Origin: Diplonema japonicum
Taxonomy: Eukaryota > Protista > Euglenozoa: Diplonemea
Length of the DNA stretch: 64,000 bases
Direction of reading: 5' to 3'
Assembly (NCBI GenBank): GCA_964019335.1
Contig: OZ025691.1
Span: forward strand, 372,001-436,000
Shown: one piece after another, positions 24,202-37,200 of the stretch
Layout: each line of letters starts with the position of its first letter
How positions within the stretch are numbered: position 1 is the first letter of the stretch
Program-made: the position numbers and the translations under genes
The notes under the pieces: model-generated
Told to the model about the DNA's origin: nothing
What the model saw: only the letters and a program-made list of their open reading frames with translations
Databases searched by the model: none

Positions 24202-27200
24202 ATGGACAAGGTACAAGTGGCGGCGGCGGTGGGTGTTGTGGTGCTAGTGTACATCATCTTCTTCGTGCACACCACGCAGGTGCCTGACGAGGTATACGAA
24301 GGCCACGAGAACGGAACATGCGTAGAAGCCCCTGGGTTCTTTGAAGTAATGGGGAGAGCAGTCGTCTCCGCCGTGATCGGCCGCCACAACCCCGAGCCTT
24401 CAGGGATTGCAACGGAACCCGAAAGCACATGGTTATCATACTTCCTCACACTCCTCGCAGGGCCCGCTTTACTGCTCGCCTTGTTCATTGTGGTGAAGCA
24501 GAAGCTAGCAGGACGGCACGCTGCCAGCAAAACCGCCAAGCTCGACGAATCTGTGAAAAAACTGCAAGAAAAAGCGGCACAAGATGACAAAAAGATGAAC
24601 GCTATGAGTAAAAAAACAGTCGCAGCCGAGAAAAGGGCCGACCAGTACAAGAGCATCCTCACGTCATTGGGGAAAGCGGAGGACGGCGAGGAGAAATCTG
24701 CCCTTGACGAACTGAAGCTGCAGATCCAGGCAGTGGTGGAGGAAACGGAAGCCAACAGGATGCTGATCCAAGAGCTGCAAGAAGAACGGGCCGCCGACGA
24801 ACTGCTCAACCAGAACGACGTTGCCGCCATTGGCGTTTTGAAGGCCGAGATCGAGGAGAAGGAAAAGACAGTCAGAGTGCTTCGCGTAGAACTGGAAGAA
24901 TCGCAACAGCAGCAGTACCAAGACAAGGAAGTGAGCAGCATCAAGATGCGGCAGCTGGAAGAGGACATGATCACCCTGCGTGTCGAAAAGCAGTCCACAG
25001 AATCCGGGCTGGCCACTCTTACAAATCAGTACGAGGCTTTGCAAGAAACACTTCAGAACCGGGAAGCAGAGGACAAAGATAACACTGGCGAGCTCTACAC
25101 ACGTATGAGGCAGGTGGAAGACGAGGCGAGTGATATGCGGAAAGAGAAGCGTGCTGCCGACGATGAGCTAGCCGCACTTGCACACCGACATGAGCAGGAT
25201 AAGAACCACATCGCCGAACTCCAGTCACACGTCACGCAGCTGGAGGAAGACCTTGCTGTGCAGAGCGAGAAGAAACGGGCAACGAGTGACGAGATGGCAA
25301 CGCTGGTTCATCAATACGAATCCCTGAAGAGCAAAGGAGAGGGTAGGGATACAAAAGATCTTCAGTCGCGCATCGGGGAACTGGAGGCACAAACGGAAAT
25401 AGCCGAACAAGAGCTGCAGACAACAGCACACAAGGAACGACAGCAGGAGGAAGTCATCAGCGAGCTGCGCCTGTCGGTAAGCACGCTTCAGGGTGAGGCT
25501 GCCACATCCGCCACCGAAAAAACAAAGCTAAGGTTCATCATCGAAGAGAAGGAAGTAGAGATCCGGGAAGCGGCAGCAGACACACGAGCCAGGATAGAAG
25601 AGCTTGAGAAGGAGTTCGACGATGCACGTATCGACCTGCAGCTGACAAGGGAGGACCTCGAGGAAAAGCAAAAGGAAGTAGATGAGCTGCAGGCAAAGAT
25701 GGACGAGATAGTTGAAGAAAACACCACGACCGCCAGCAGGATAGAAATCCTAAGCGAAGAGGTCATCCAGCTCCGAAATGAAAATGAGGGGTATTCCATA
25801 GCAGCAGCGGCACTCAGAGAAGAGAAGAACCAGATAGCAGAGGAGTTCGGCAGCACTATCAACGATCTGAAGGAAGAGATCTACGAGCTGCATGACGCGA
25901 AGAAATCCCTCTCAGAGAAGTTAAGTGATGCACAGGATACTGCACCAGAAGCCAGTATCATGATGCAGGAGATGACTACTGTCAAGGTGTGTTGATCACT
26001 TAAGAAAGACTTACCATTCCACAGAACGAGCTCCGCACGGTGAAAAGGGAGTTGCAAAGCTCGCAAAACGAGCTCCACGAGGTGAAAGGAGGGTTGCAAA
26101 GCTCGCAGGATGAGCTGCACACGGTGAAACGGAAGTTGCAAAGCTCGCAAGACGAGCTGCACAACACGAAAGGGGAGTTGCAAAAGGAGCTACGCCGCAT
26201 GACGGGAGACAACAGCGACAGCAAGCTGCTGCTCACAGAGAAGGAAGCGGCATTGGTATGCTCCAACTAGACAGAGCTGAATACACACGTTACCACAGAA
26301 AGCAAAAGAGGAGGAATTGAACAACTTAATTACGGACAGCACCAAGCTGCAGGAGGCGCTGGAGAACTCGCAGGCACTGCTTCAAGCCTCGGAGGAGAGG
26401 GAGGCTGAGCTGGAAGAGAAGATCAACGAGTCCGTTGTGAAGGGCGAGACAGCACTGCAAGCAGCAGCGGCAGGGTCGAGGAAACTAGAAGCACGGTGTA
26501 CTGAACTGGTTCTTGAAGTGGACCAGCTGCAGGCACTACTGGGCACCGAACGCCGTGAACACAGCAACAGCAAAGAGGCACTGCAACGGGAAGGCAACAG
26601 CCTCCAGGACGACTTCAACAGGGTGTCCGATCTGGCGGAAGAGGCACGTGAAAAAGCAGCGTTGCAAATGATTCAGGTGGAGAAAGGAAGAGAAGCGGAA
26701 CAGAGATTGAAGATAGTTGAGGTATGTTCACTCCTCCCTCCCCCCCTCCCCTCTCCTTTTATTATTTTTTAAAATGAACAGAACGAGCTGGAGAGCTTGA
26801 AGGAAAGTTACGTGAAACTGAAGGAAATGAACAAGATGAAGACACAAGAGCTCAGGGTGGCAGATGACCTGTGCAACCAGCTGAAGGCGGCAGGGGCTCA
26901 ACAGAGCCACGCACTATACGGGAAGGAGCAGGAGATGGAGAAGAGGGTATGACACCTTAAACTAAAATGTTATAAAAAAGATAAAAAAAACACAGGCCGG
27001 GGACGTGGATAAGCTGTCGGACTACAAAGGAGAGCTCGAGAGCGCACTACGGATTACAGCCAACAAGCTTGAGATAGAGAAGAACAAGTCAAAGGGTGTC
27101 AATGAGGAGTTGAAAAAGCTCACTCAGAAGCTCAATGTTCTACAGTCTAACAGCCCATCAAGATCCCCGAGGGCCTACCGAAGGCCATCCCCGAGTAGCA

Positions 27201-27661
27201 TCAGTGCTTCCCCAGTTTCTGAGAGGTATAAACAGCAAGGGGAAAAAAATAATATTAAATTTTCACAACAAAGCTCCGTCCAAAGGTCGCTTCTTCTTGA
27301 CCCCACAACGCCCCCAAGGTTGGGGCGCTGAAAAAAGGAAAAGGCAAAGGAGGTCCGAATAATTCCATCCCAAATAATGTTCAACTCATAAAAGTACAGA
27401 AGTCTTGTCCCTCAGCAAAGTGCACAGCTGTTTGGTGCCTGCAGCAGCAGCGGCAGCACCGGCACCCCTATCATTGACATTCCAGTAGCCTCTCAGACCA
27501 ACGCCAAAACCAGGCGGTTTTATTTTCGACGTTTTTTGTGGATTTCGATACTGCCCAAAATAAAGGGATTATTCGGGACCTTCCTGTTTTTTTTTTTTTT
27601 TTTTTTTTTCGTAGATGTCTCATGTTTCCCTGTTTTTTTTTTCCCTCCTTTTTTTAACTAG
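24202..27661 (+). CDS. Membrane-anchored long coiled-coil protein; introns 25987-26024, 26256-26298, 26722-26781, 26947-26995, 27226-27273, 27319-27399; 3' end uncertain (27614 or 27661)
   Basis: Two N-terminal hydrophobic helices; ORFs 24202, 26040, 26317 and 27005 join in frame through GT-AG introns. Confidence 0.7.
26028..26186 (+). repeat. 42-nt coding tandem repeat (14 aa ELH.VK..LQSSQD, about 3.8 copies)
   Basis: gagct.cac..ggtgaaa...gttgcaaagctcgca repeated. Confidence 0.85.
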
Positions 27662-27726
27662 ATTTTTTATGAGAAAAAGGAGAGACACGGAAGATTGAGA
27701 TTTAAAAAAAAAAAAAGAAGAGAACG

Positions 27727-27757
<31 letters not shown>

Positions 27758-28210
27758 GTATTGTACAAGATAGATCAAGCAATTAGAGTGAAAGGAGGGG
27801 GGACCGCCCTTTCGTTTTTTTATACTTTTTTTTTTTTCTTTTCTCCTTTGAATCGGTTAGATATCATCAAAGAAGAAGAAAAAAAAAGAACTAAGAAAGA
27901 AGGGGGAAGAAGACAAAGAGAAACCACGACGAGAAAATTTAAAAAAGAAGAGGGAAGAAAAAAAGAGAGAAACCAACACAACATTTCCTTCTTTCTTTTT
28001 TCTCTTTTTTTCTCCCCTTTCTCATTCTCTGTTTTCACCTCCCCCTCCTCATCCCTGATTTTTTTTTTAAATGTTTTTCTTTTTGTTTTTTTGGAAAAAA
28101 TGATAAAAAAAAAAAAAAGAGGGTGAAATGTATCTTTTTTTTTTTTCAGTTCTCCCTTCAAAAAAAAAAAAAAAAAAAAAAATACTCAAAAGAAATAAAA
28201 AAAAAGAAAA

Positions 28211-28651
28211 ATGGGAAACTTATTCGGATGTTTACCAGAGGAGGACACCTTGGGCGAAATGGTTGATCCAGTGGTGTGGGAAATGGAGAGGAAAGCTGCA
28301 GAGGCAGCAAAAAGAGAGGATTTTGAAGAGTCCCTTGCTTGCTTAGAACAGGCGGGGGTGGAAACAGGTTACATCCTCAACGCCCGTGGTGTGATATACT
28401 GCTCCCAAGGACGGTTCACGGAATCAATTGCCGACTTCACTTCTGCAATACATCTATCACCACATTCAGGCCTTTATTACTACAACAGGGGTCAGGTGAA
28501 GCTGAAGTGCTCCACCAGACAGGACGCCGCGAATGATTTCCGAAAGGCGCTGGAGGTCGACCCCACGCTGACGAAAGGCCGGCCGAGCTACACGAAAACG
28601 AGATGGCTGATTAAGCCAACCACCTGGCACTACTCCTTGCCTGTGTTTTAA
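28211..28651 (+). CDS. TPR-repeat protein, possibly N-acylated (MGNLFGC)
   Basis: NARGVIY..GRFTESIADFTSAIHLSP..YYNRG..AANDFRKALEVDP. Confidence 0.8.
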   Translation: MGNLFGCLPEEDTLGEMVDPVVWEMERKAAEAAKREDFEESLACLEQAGVETGYILNARGVIYCSQGRFTESIADFTSAIHLSPHSGLYYYNRGQVKLKCSTRQDAANDFRKALEVDPTLTKGRPSYTKTRWLIKPTTWHYSLPVF

Positions 28652-28806
28652 AATTAGACTTTTTTCTTTCCCTTTTGTTATAACCTGAGGCTTTTACACG
28701 GCTTGTTTTTGTTCTCTTTTTTTTTTTTTTTTTTAAATTTGGGATTATAGGATGGAAAGCCACAAAGCCACAAGAAAGGGGGGGGAAAAGAAAGAAAGAA
28801 AAAAAA

Positions 28807-29640
28807 ATGGGCACCGACACCAAAATCGAAGATTTAGTGAAGCGTAACGAGGAGCTGAGGAAGGAGCTGATAGGCCTGAATAACGAGCTGAATGACAAGC
28901 TGAAGCTGAGGGGAGAATCCTTAGGGACCATGGCGCAGGTCGGGCCGAAGATCGAAACAGCAAACCACCTCTACGACTCACCAGCGATCAAGGAGAACGA
29001 CAAAATGAAGCGCGACAACGCAAGGCTCCTGAGGAAGCTGAGGGAGAACAGCAGCCTGCAAGAGATCCAGGTCTTGAAAGACAGCCTGGTGGAAAAGGAG
29101 AACCAGATCAGAGACATGAAAACCCAGAACGAAACTCTAGAACAAGTCACAAAGCACCAAGGGCAAGGCATGGCAAATGTGGCCCGCCTTGAAGCCGAGC
29201 TTGACAATGTACAGAGAAAACACGGAACAGAAATCCTCCGTTTGAAGGAGGAGCTCCGTACCGAGCGTTCGCTCCGCGATGACGTCCAAAAACAAGTGAC
29301 CGCAAACCAGAACAAAATCAACAGTTTAAGGGCGAGGATTACAGTAGCGAAATCTCCTGCTGCTGAAAAGTGGCCCCTTATAGATCAGATGAAACAGGAC
29401 CTCGAGAAGAAGGAGGAGTCGCTGCAGCAGTTGAACAGCAAGATAGAGGACACGCGGAAGGAGGCTGACAGAGACCTCAAGGTGCTTCGCAAAGAGCACA
29501 GAGAGCAGGCCCAGAGTATCGCTGCAGTCCAAGCAAAGATCTCGGCTGCGAAGACGAAAGTTAGTGAAACTGAAAAAGTCCTCCAAATGTCGTCGTCTCC
29601 GTATCTTTGGAAATTCCAGCACACCACAGGAACGCAGTGA
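28807..29640 (+). CDS. Lebercilin (LCA5)-like ciliary coiled-coil protein
   Basis: QNETLEQVTKHQGQGMANV..LEAELDNVQRKHGTEILRLKEELR fits the lebercilin pattern EN..L.....RQ..AL......EL......H..EI..L.E.LR. Confidence 0.6.
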   Translation: MGTDTKIEDLVKRNEELRKELIGLNNELNDKLKLRGESLGTMAQVGPKIETANHLYDSPAIKENDKMKRDNARLLRKLRENSSLQEIQVLKDSLVEKENQIRDMKTQNETLEQVTKHQGQGMANVARLEAELDNVQRKHGTEILRLKEELRTERSLRDDVQKQVTANQNKINSLRARITVAKSPAAEKWPLIDQMKQDLEKKEESLQQLNSKIEDTRKEADRDLKVLRKEHREQAQSIAAVQAKISAAKTKVSETEKVLQMSSSPYLWKFQHTTGTQ

Positions 29641-30118
29641 TTCCTTTTGTTTTTGTTTTGTTTTTTTGTTTCGTTTTTTTTTTTATTTGTCCCCCCACCC
29701 CCCCTTCCCTCAAAAAAAGAAAAAAAAAATCTTTTTTAATTCTTATTATATGAAGAAAAAGAAGTTTTTTTTAGGGGGGAGGGGATTAGTTTCCAACTAC
29801 TTCCTTTTTTTTTAAAAAATTCTTTTTTGACATTGTTTATGCAAGAGAAAGAAAAAAAAAGGAAAAGAAAAAAAAAAAGAAGAAGAGAAACACAAGTCTT
29901 TTGACTAAGTACAAAAAGGGGAGAGACGATGGGCAAACTTGTTTTCGGATTATATGATAAGACCAGCATTTAGGTAAACAGAGAACAACAGCCACGACTC
30001 TTTTTTTTTGTGAGGGGGTATATGGTGCGATTATTTTATGTCAGTTATTGTGTCGCGAAACTTACAACAAATAAACAATACCAAGAAAAGAGAAGAAGGA
30101 AAAAAAGAAAAAAAAGAA

Positions 30119-32521
30119 ATGTCGCTAGACGCATTCGAGGAAGTAAAGGATGATTTCATGCAAGAGTTAAAAGAACCGGACACAGCAGAGGAAGAGGCAG
30201 ACAGCGAAAGCAGCGGCGACGAAGAGTGTTGGCGGTGGATGATGGACGGGCAGGCCCCACGATGCAGCAACGTGGAGTGCAACGACGAATTCTGGTTGAT
30301 CCGCAGAAGGCACCACTGCAGACCGTGCGGAAAGATTTTCTGCAGAGAATGCTGCCCAAAGGACCCCAGCGGGGTCAGGCAATGCAGCTCTTGTGCCATG
30401 TCCTCAAACCCGATGCTCTCATCGTTCATCCCAACCGAGACTCGTAATATCAATATCAGAGCCAACCACATGGCACGACTCAGCGAGCGGCTCCTCAAGG
30501 AATACACCTCCATCTCAGATATCCCACTCATCAAGCTCATATCAGCAGGGCCGCCTAAAAAGATATTCAAAATCAACCGTGAGATAGCCGCAGGTTCCTT
30601 CGGCCGTGTTTTTGAAGCACGCGACGATCGTGTAGGCGATCGTGTGGCCATTAAGATATTCTCGCGTGACTCGAAGAACCAAGCGGAGCAAGAGAAGAAC
30701 ATCGCGAAAGAAGTCCTTCTCCACCAAAAGGCCATCGACGTCCACTCGGAAAGGTCGCACGACAGGATGCCCTTCCCCAGGATCTACAACCTTTTCTTCC
30801 AAAAGCCTGGGATCCTCAGCACCTGCCAGACATGGGTTGTCATGGAGCTCATTGAAGGTGCTACAATGGCGGAGTTCCTCCGTTCCGAGTACCCCATGCC
30901 GCACGACCCTGCATACCCAGACCCTGCGGTGGCAGCTAAGATAAGCCCGTTAGACAAGGTACGGGATGTCACCGAGGCGAAGCGAAGGCAGCGTTCCATC
31001 CAGACGCTTGACCTCACAGAGCTTGACCAGCCAGACGCCGACGGGGCCTCGCTTGGAAGACGCTCGCGCGGTATCAGCGAAGAGCGCACCGTGTCCGAGC
31101 TTGCCAGGCAGATCCTAATATCCGTTGCGTGGGCGCACGAGGCGGGCATTGTTTTTAGAGATCTCAAGGCGGACAACATCATGGTGGAGAACGACCCCTT
31201 CACAGACAAGAAGGTGCTCAGGCTCATCGATTTCGGCTCTGCAATGGAAATGCCACCCAACGCACGAAGCATAAAGGCAAAGAGCCTCGTAGGGTCTTAC
31301 GCCTACATGGCACCGGAGGTATTTCTTTCCCCCCCCAAAAAAAAAATAACGCTCCATATTCGCTAAGTGACCCACCAGAACTCGCATTTTGAAGAGCTAA
31401 AAAAAAATTCTATTTGCTTTTTCTAGGGCTGGAATGGATTTATTTGTGTCCGGGGCCCAATGTCCGACATATGGATTTTTTTTTGTAATAAATCTTTTTT
31501 TGGTGATTTGCCTTACTTTGTACTGTACACTCCGGGGAGGAGGAGGAGGTACTACTTGTTTCGTTGTCTGTCTCCGTTCTGTCGTCAGGCTGGTCGTCGG
31601 ACTGAGTAGTCTGCGCATGCGGGCCACGGCGAGTTTCCTGAGGCTCGCTTGGCTTCCACCGTTTCCGCGTCTCGAGAGTCGCGGTGCAGTTGTCGAAATC
31701 CAGTTCCTTGCAAGGGGGACAAAAGCATGAGGAATGCCTTGATGCTCTTCTTTAACGGTTCAGACCTGAACTGGTGGTGCTTTGAGCATTTTCGACATTT
31801 TTTCCCCTATAACCCCTTTGGGACATGGGCGGGTCACTTAGCGAATATGGAGGGTAAAAAAAAAAAAAAAGAAAAAAAAAAAAACAGACGTGGCAGCTGG
31901 AGTACAGCCCCAAAAGCGACGTGTGGGGTATTGGGTGTCTTGTCCATGAACTGGCGATGGGTGTGTCCCCGTTCCAATGGGTGGAACCGAAGCTGGCAGA
32001 GCTGGTGGCGGAGATGAAGGCCAGCAAAGAAGAAAGCAAAAGGAAAGGCCACGAAGATCTGGCAGCATCTGTGAATGGGGCCGATGAGGAACCAGTCATC
32101 GTGTCCATTTCAGAGGTCAGGCAAAGAATGTTCAATATGCACAGCAGCTGCGAGGTGAAGGTGGAAAGGAAAGGACCGCAGTCCAGGGCACAACAGGAAC
32201 AGGAAGACATCCTGTGCTGGAGCCAGGAGTTCGTGGACTTTATTGGTATGTTGCTTAAATCCTTAACCACCCCCCAACGCAGGTCTGTGCTTCTGTCAGG
32301 ACCCCGAGCAAAGGCCTACTTGCAAGGAACTTCTGAACCATTCTTTCATCCGGCGGTACACGGAAGAGAGATATGCTGAGCTCGACGTTGAGGTATTGAA
32401 ATTTAACAAAAAAAAAAAAAAAATCTAGGAGCACTATGCAAGCATTGCCACCGCCTTCGGGAGCTCCACATCAAACAGGAATGATCCGATGATGATGATC
32501 ACTGCTCCTCGAGGGCAGTAG
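30119..32521 (+). CDS. FYVE-domain Ser/Thr kinase; introns 31319-31887, 32246-32282, 32393-32428
   Basis: WMMD..RRRHHCRPCGKIFC FYVE; AGSFGRV, VAIK, FRDLKADN, DFG, YMAPE|TWQLEYSPKSDVWGIG, FIG|LCFCQDPEQRPTCKELLNHSFI. Confidence 0.85.
31347..31856. mobile_element. ~510 bp MITE or internally deleted DNA transposon inside intron 1 of the kinase
   Basis: Perfect 22-bp inverted repeats ctccatattcgctaagtgaccc (31352-31373) and gggtcacttagcgaatatggag (31831-31852), with TA just outside. Confidence 0.85.
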
Positions 32522-32927
32522 TGGTAAGTTGAATGGTTTTTTTTTCTTTTTTTCTTTTCTTTTTTTTTTTCTTTTTTCTCGTCGTTGTGTTTGCTTAGGT
32601 GTCGTATACTGTTGTTTCCTCCGCGTTATGAAAGAAAGAGAAAAGAAAAAAAGAAAAAGAAAAAGAAGGGGGGAAAAAAAAAGAGAAAGGGGGAGAAAGG
32701 GCTCCCTATCTCATTCCCCACCTCCCCCCTTTTGATTGTTCTGTGCGAAAGGGGGGGACGATGGGAAGGGAAAAAAAAGAAACCTTATTTGTTTACAACA
32801 ACAAACCTCTTTTTTTTTTTTTCCTTTTTTTTTAAAGACAAAAGGGGAACGTTTGTCAGCCGTGTATACTTCTCCTTGTGACAGACCTCTCTTATTATTT
32901 TTCTTTTTGTGTGTTTTGTTGCTGTCG

Positions 32928-32989
<62 letters not shown>

Positions 32990-33414
32990 TTTCTTGCTCC
33001 TGATGGCCTCTCATTTTTTCTGTGGGCCGTTAGTACACATTCACTTCTGCCCCATCATAAAGTGAGTTTTTTTTTTTTTTTTTTTCAAAAAAAAAAAAGA
33101 AGAAAAAAAAAAAAAAAAAGGAACCGATGGTGTAATTTGCTGTTTTATATGGATTATTTAGGTCGTGTGCACGGGGGCAGATTTGTATCCGAAAAAAGAA
33201 GAAAAATAAGAAAGAAAATGAAAACCATGAAGACTATTTCTTCTTTTCTTCAAGCGATCATAAGGACCCCCCTTTCCCCCACCTCTGCTACAACGTCACA
33301 ATTTCTCTTTTTTTTTTATTCCCCCCCCAGAACACAAAAAGAAAAAGAAGAAAGAAGAGATTGGGAGAATTAGTAGCTCCCACGAAAGAAAAAAAAAAAA
33401 AAGAAAAGCTGTTT

Positions 33415-33544
33415 TTAACCCATAAAAAGGCCGCTGATTTTTGGCTTAAAAAAAAGAAGGCATAAAGATTTTAAAAAAAGGAAGATTTGGACCCACCTCA
33501 CTCAGGTAGAGCTGCATCCTAGGGTTGCGCTAGGTAACCAATCC

Positions 33545-33578
<34 letters not shown>

Positions 33579-33616
33579 TTCTTTGACTGATTTATCGGGT
33601 TCCTTTATGGATTTAG
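33415..33616. mobile_element. Second, more decayed TTAA-type MITE
   Basis: TTAACCCATAAAAAGGCCG ... gactgatttatcgggTTCCTTTATGGatttag; same length and subterminal gactgat as 4547-4750. Confidence 0.55.
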
Positions 33617-34223
33617 AGAAAGAAGGAAAAGAGAAGAAGAAGAAAAGGATTAAAGAGTGAATTATCTAGAAAAGTACCCCCCTTTTTGATTGTGCTCCGT
33701 TCTCTGTGCTTTTTCAGTAACCCCGACCGTTCCCAGTTTTCTTCTTTTTTTCCCCCCTTTTTTTTCCTTCTCGAGAGTACACACAAATACTGCACATACA
33801 AAGGTTTCTGTTTCCTTTTTTTTTTTTTTTTTTTTTTTTTTTTGGTCCTCCCCCTCCTTTCCCTCGCAAATCCCGGGTGAACTTTGAATTCCTTGTCAGC
33901 AGTTTTATTTTTTATTTTTTATTTTTCTCTCGGGCGTCCTGCCACACCGCAGGTACCCTTAAATGTCTCTTTTTTTTTTATATTATTTTGATTGTCAGTA
34001 CTAAAAAAAAAAAAAAAGAAAAAATTCGTGGGGCTGCAAGCAAATCTTTATTTTAAAAAAAAGAAAAAGAAATATCGACGCTGTTTCTTCTTCCCATTTC
34101 ATTCTTCGATTCCAATTATTTTCCCCTCAAGGCCTATAATTTTCTTTAAAAAAAAAGATTCCCCCCCCCCCCCCCCGTATCCCTCTATTTCTTTTTTCAT
34201 CCACCCAGGGAGGGAGGGGGAAA

Positions 34224-37200
34224 ATGGCATCCCACACCGACCTTCCACGCCTGCCGGTACAACTCCTACCCACTTCAGCATGTGATGAAGCACCACCACC
34301 ACGACAACCCATTCCATCAAAGAAGATGCCAGCGAACACAGTGCCTTCTGTAGATTGTTTTTCATGTTACAAAAGGCCTCTGTCAGCACCATCTGCTCCA
34401 GCGTCTCTTTACACCGAAACAGCAAGACCGGTGTCGGCAGCAGTAAAACAAACAAAAGCCTTCAACACACTTCGAATAGAACACGACATGCAGCTGTACG
34501 AAGCACTGCAGAACAAATGGGACGCGGCACGTCAAACCCGCCACCGGCAAAACATGAAACAAGCAAAGAACATTAAAGACCACAAGTTGAAGCTTCTTAA
34601 GATACGGAAACAGCTGGAAGACACCAAACGTAAAATGGCACGCGACCAGGAGGACACGATCCGAGAGGAGTACTGCAGCAGAATACTTGTAAAACGATCA
34701 TGGTGCACATTGATCAAAGAGGCCCGCATGGATCGATGGATAGGTGTAATCGACATCATAACCCGCAGAGGCATAAACGAGACAATCTCCGATCAGACAG
34801 ATCAGCGCGTAAGGATCGACATCGAAGAACTCTCCCTCCGTGAAACTCTCGGCAGGCGATGCGTATTCCGTATCAGCACTGTTACCGCATCTGTCATTGG
34901 AGACGCGGAGCGTATGAAAGGCTTCAAACTGCAGAAGCAAATTGAACGGAAACGTCGGTTCAAAGCCGAGCAGGAGCAACAGGTCAACAAGGCGGTCAAC
35001 ACTGAACACCAGGAACGCGAGGCGATCCTCAGCAAGGAGATCGTCGGTTGGATGAACTTCGAAAAGACCTTCCAAGCATTCGAAGACGAGCAGCGGCTCA
35101 TCGAAAAAGCAGCCCGGCAACGCAAAAAAGAACTGTTCGTTGAACAGCAACGCGATTTTTCCCGGCAACGACAAGACCTCTCCAACGATGAGGCCCACGA
35201 GCGACCTAAGCTACGCGTCATCGAAGCCGAGCAGCGTTTGGATCTCGCAAAGCTTGAAACACACGAACAACACGAAGCTGCGAAACGCGAAACAGAAAGA
35301 ATCGCGAAGGAAACTGCGGAACTGAGAATTCGACAGCAAGAAGAGCGTCTCCCGCTGCAACACGACGAAGAAGAAATGCGCCTTCACATTGTGGAAGAAG
35401 TCTACTCCCTGCTGCAAAGCATAAAGGAAACGTACAAGACTGGAAAAGAAAGGATCCTCGTCCCCGTGGTACTCGACTCACCTACTATTTGCGCGCACAT
35501 TGCAGGGATCCCCTTCACCTACCCCTTCGGGGAGTGCAAGTTCACGATGAAGCAGAAGTTCAACCCGCATCTGAAGAGCAAGCTGCTGCAGGTGACGATC
35601 GATATCGAGATCGATGGAGACTACCAGAAGGGTGACGACATTAAAATATTCGCGCCTGCGCACGTCCTGCGGAGAGGCTACCCCATCGTCAGGATAGGCA
35701 GCTCTTTCTCATCAGTTTCACGAGTCGCCGTTGTAATGGGCAGAACTAACGAGCAGGGACCCTTCCCATCCTGCTGCAGCAAGTCCCTTGTCACAGCCGA
35801 CACGGCAGTGTCATCATTTGCCGACCAATTGGCAGTGAAATCTATTCCCGAGAACGAGGGCAACAGGTACCTCCGTGCTATGCTCAACATAAGAAGAGAC
35901 CGCGATATTTGCAAAGAAGTAGAGTGGCTGTTACAGAGGATGGCTTTCAGCACCTCCAGCGGGAAGGAATGGACGCCGGAGGACGAGATGCACCACAGAA
36001 CGGTGACAGTGAGGGTTTCTCTGTGCATGACGCCAAGCTCTCACGAGGTGGACTGGGGCGTGAAGCAGTATAAATGTAGCTTGGCGGGGTCCGTCAAGGT
36101 GGAAGCATTCCCCCCACTTCTTTACGTCCCTGAACAGAACAGGTACCTGAAGTACGAGTTAACCAAGGAACGGGTCAGGGACGGGGTCAGAACATCCATG
36201 ATCGCCATGCCCACGCTGACGGCGTTCCACCCCGAGAGGGATGCATCTATGAGCACTCTGCAAATACAACTACATGAACCTTGGGAGGGCGACAGGCTGA
36301 TGCTAAAAGCCGACAACCTCGATGTGCGCGTAACCCCCGTAAAGCCACACAGAATTATCATCATGCACTCGGGTGTCGAGATCTGTGAGTTCACCGACGG
36401 CACGTTGGTCTCTTCGCATGCCCCTTGCTTTGACTTCACCCTGCAGTTTGCTCAAGACACCCCGCAGTGGAAAGTAGGTGACGTGCTTCGAGCAATACGG
36501 TACGCAACACAAACCAAGATGCCCCCCAGACCCCGACGCCACGTGGAAGCCACTTACACGGAGCGAGGCACCAGGTGGCCCGTGGTGGTCAACTGCTGGA
36601 TCAACATCATTTACCATGAGGACATAGGGCCCAACATAGTGAGCCTTTCACAGGTGCCAACGCAAGCCGTCGTGTGGAGGTCCCCTAGCCAGACACCTGA
36701 TACGACTAAGTTTATTGAGCCCGTCATCACGCAGATCGCACCTGGTGGCTTTGTGCAGAATCAGCACTGTATGGGTGTCATAGGATGTGGGATGCCAATG
36801 CTTAAGGGAGGAAGCATGACGTTCAAGATCGACCAGGGGGTGCAGCAGGGGGACACGCTGCTGCTACATGGTCTTCCTGAGCACGTTGTCCTGGAGGGAA
36901 ACAAGATACGAATTCACGGAGAAGAGCTGGCAAGGTTAACAAGCGAGGTAGGTGGGACGCACAGTGCAGGGACGTACGAAGGCTCCACATCGAGCGCGTG
37001 GTTGAAGATAGAGTTTCTTGCGCGTCCGTTTTTGGAGGAGGAGGTAAACGTGCTGGTGACACACATATGCTTCACGAACAACGGGGCCACACACAGCGGC
37101 ACGCGGTGGATCACAGCGAGCGTCATCATACCTGATCCGCTAATGCCTGCTGCCCCTTCTGCGAAGGACAGAACAAGCGTACGCGTGTGCCTGCCGATCA

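Noticed and set aside
26028-26186. Regular repeats that might suggest a CRISPR array
   Set aside because: In-frame coding heptad repeat with no unique spacers, in a eukaryotic gene
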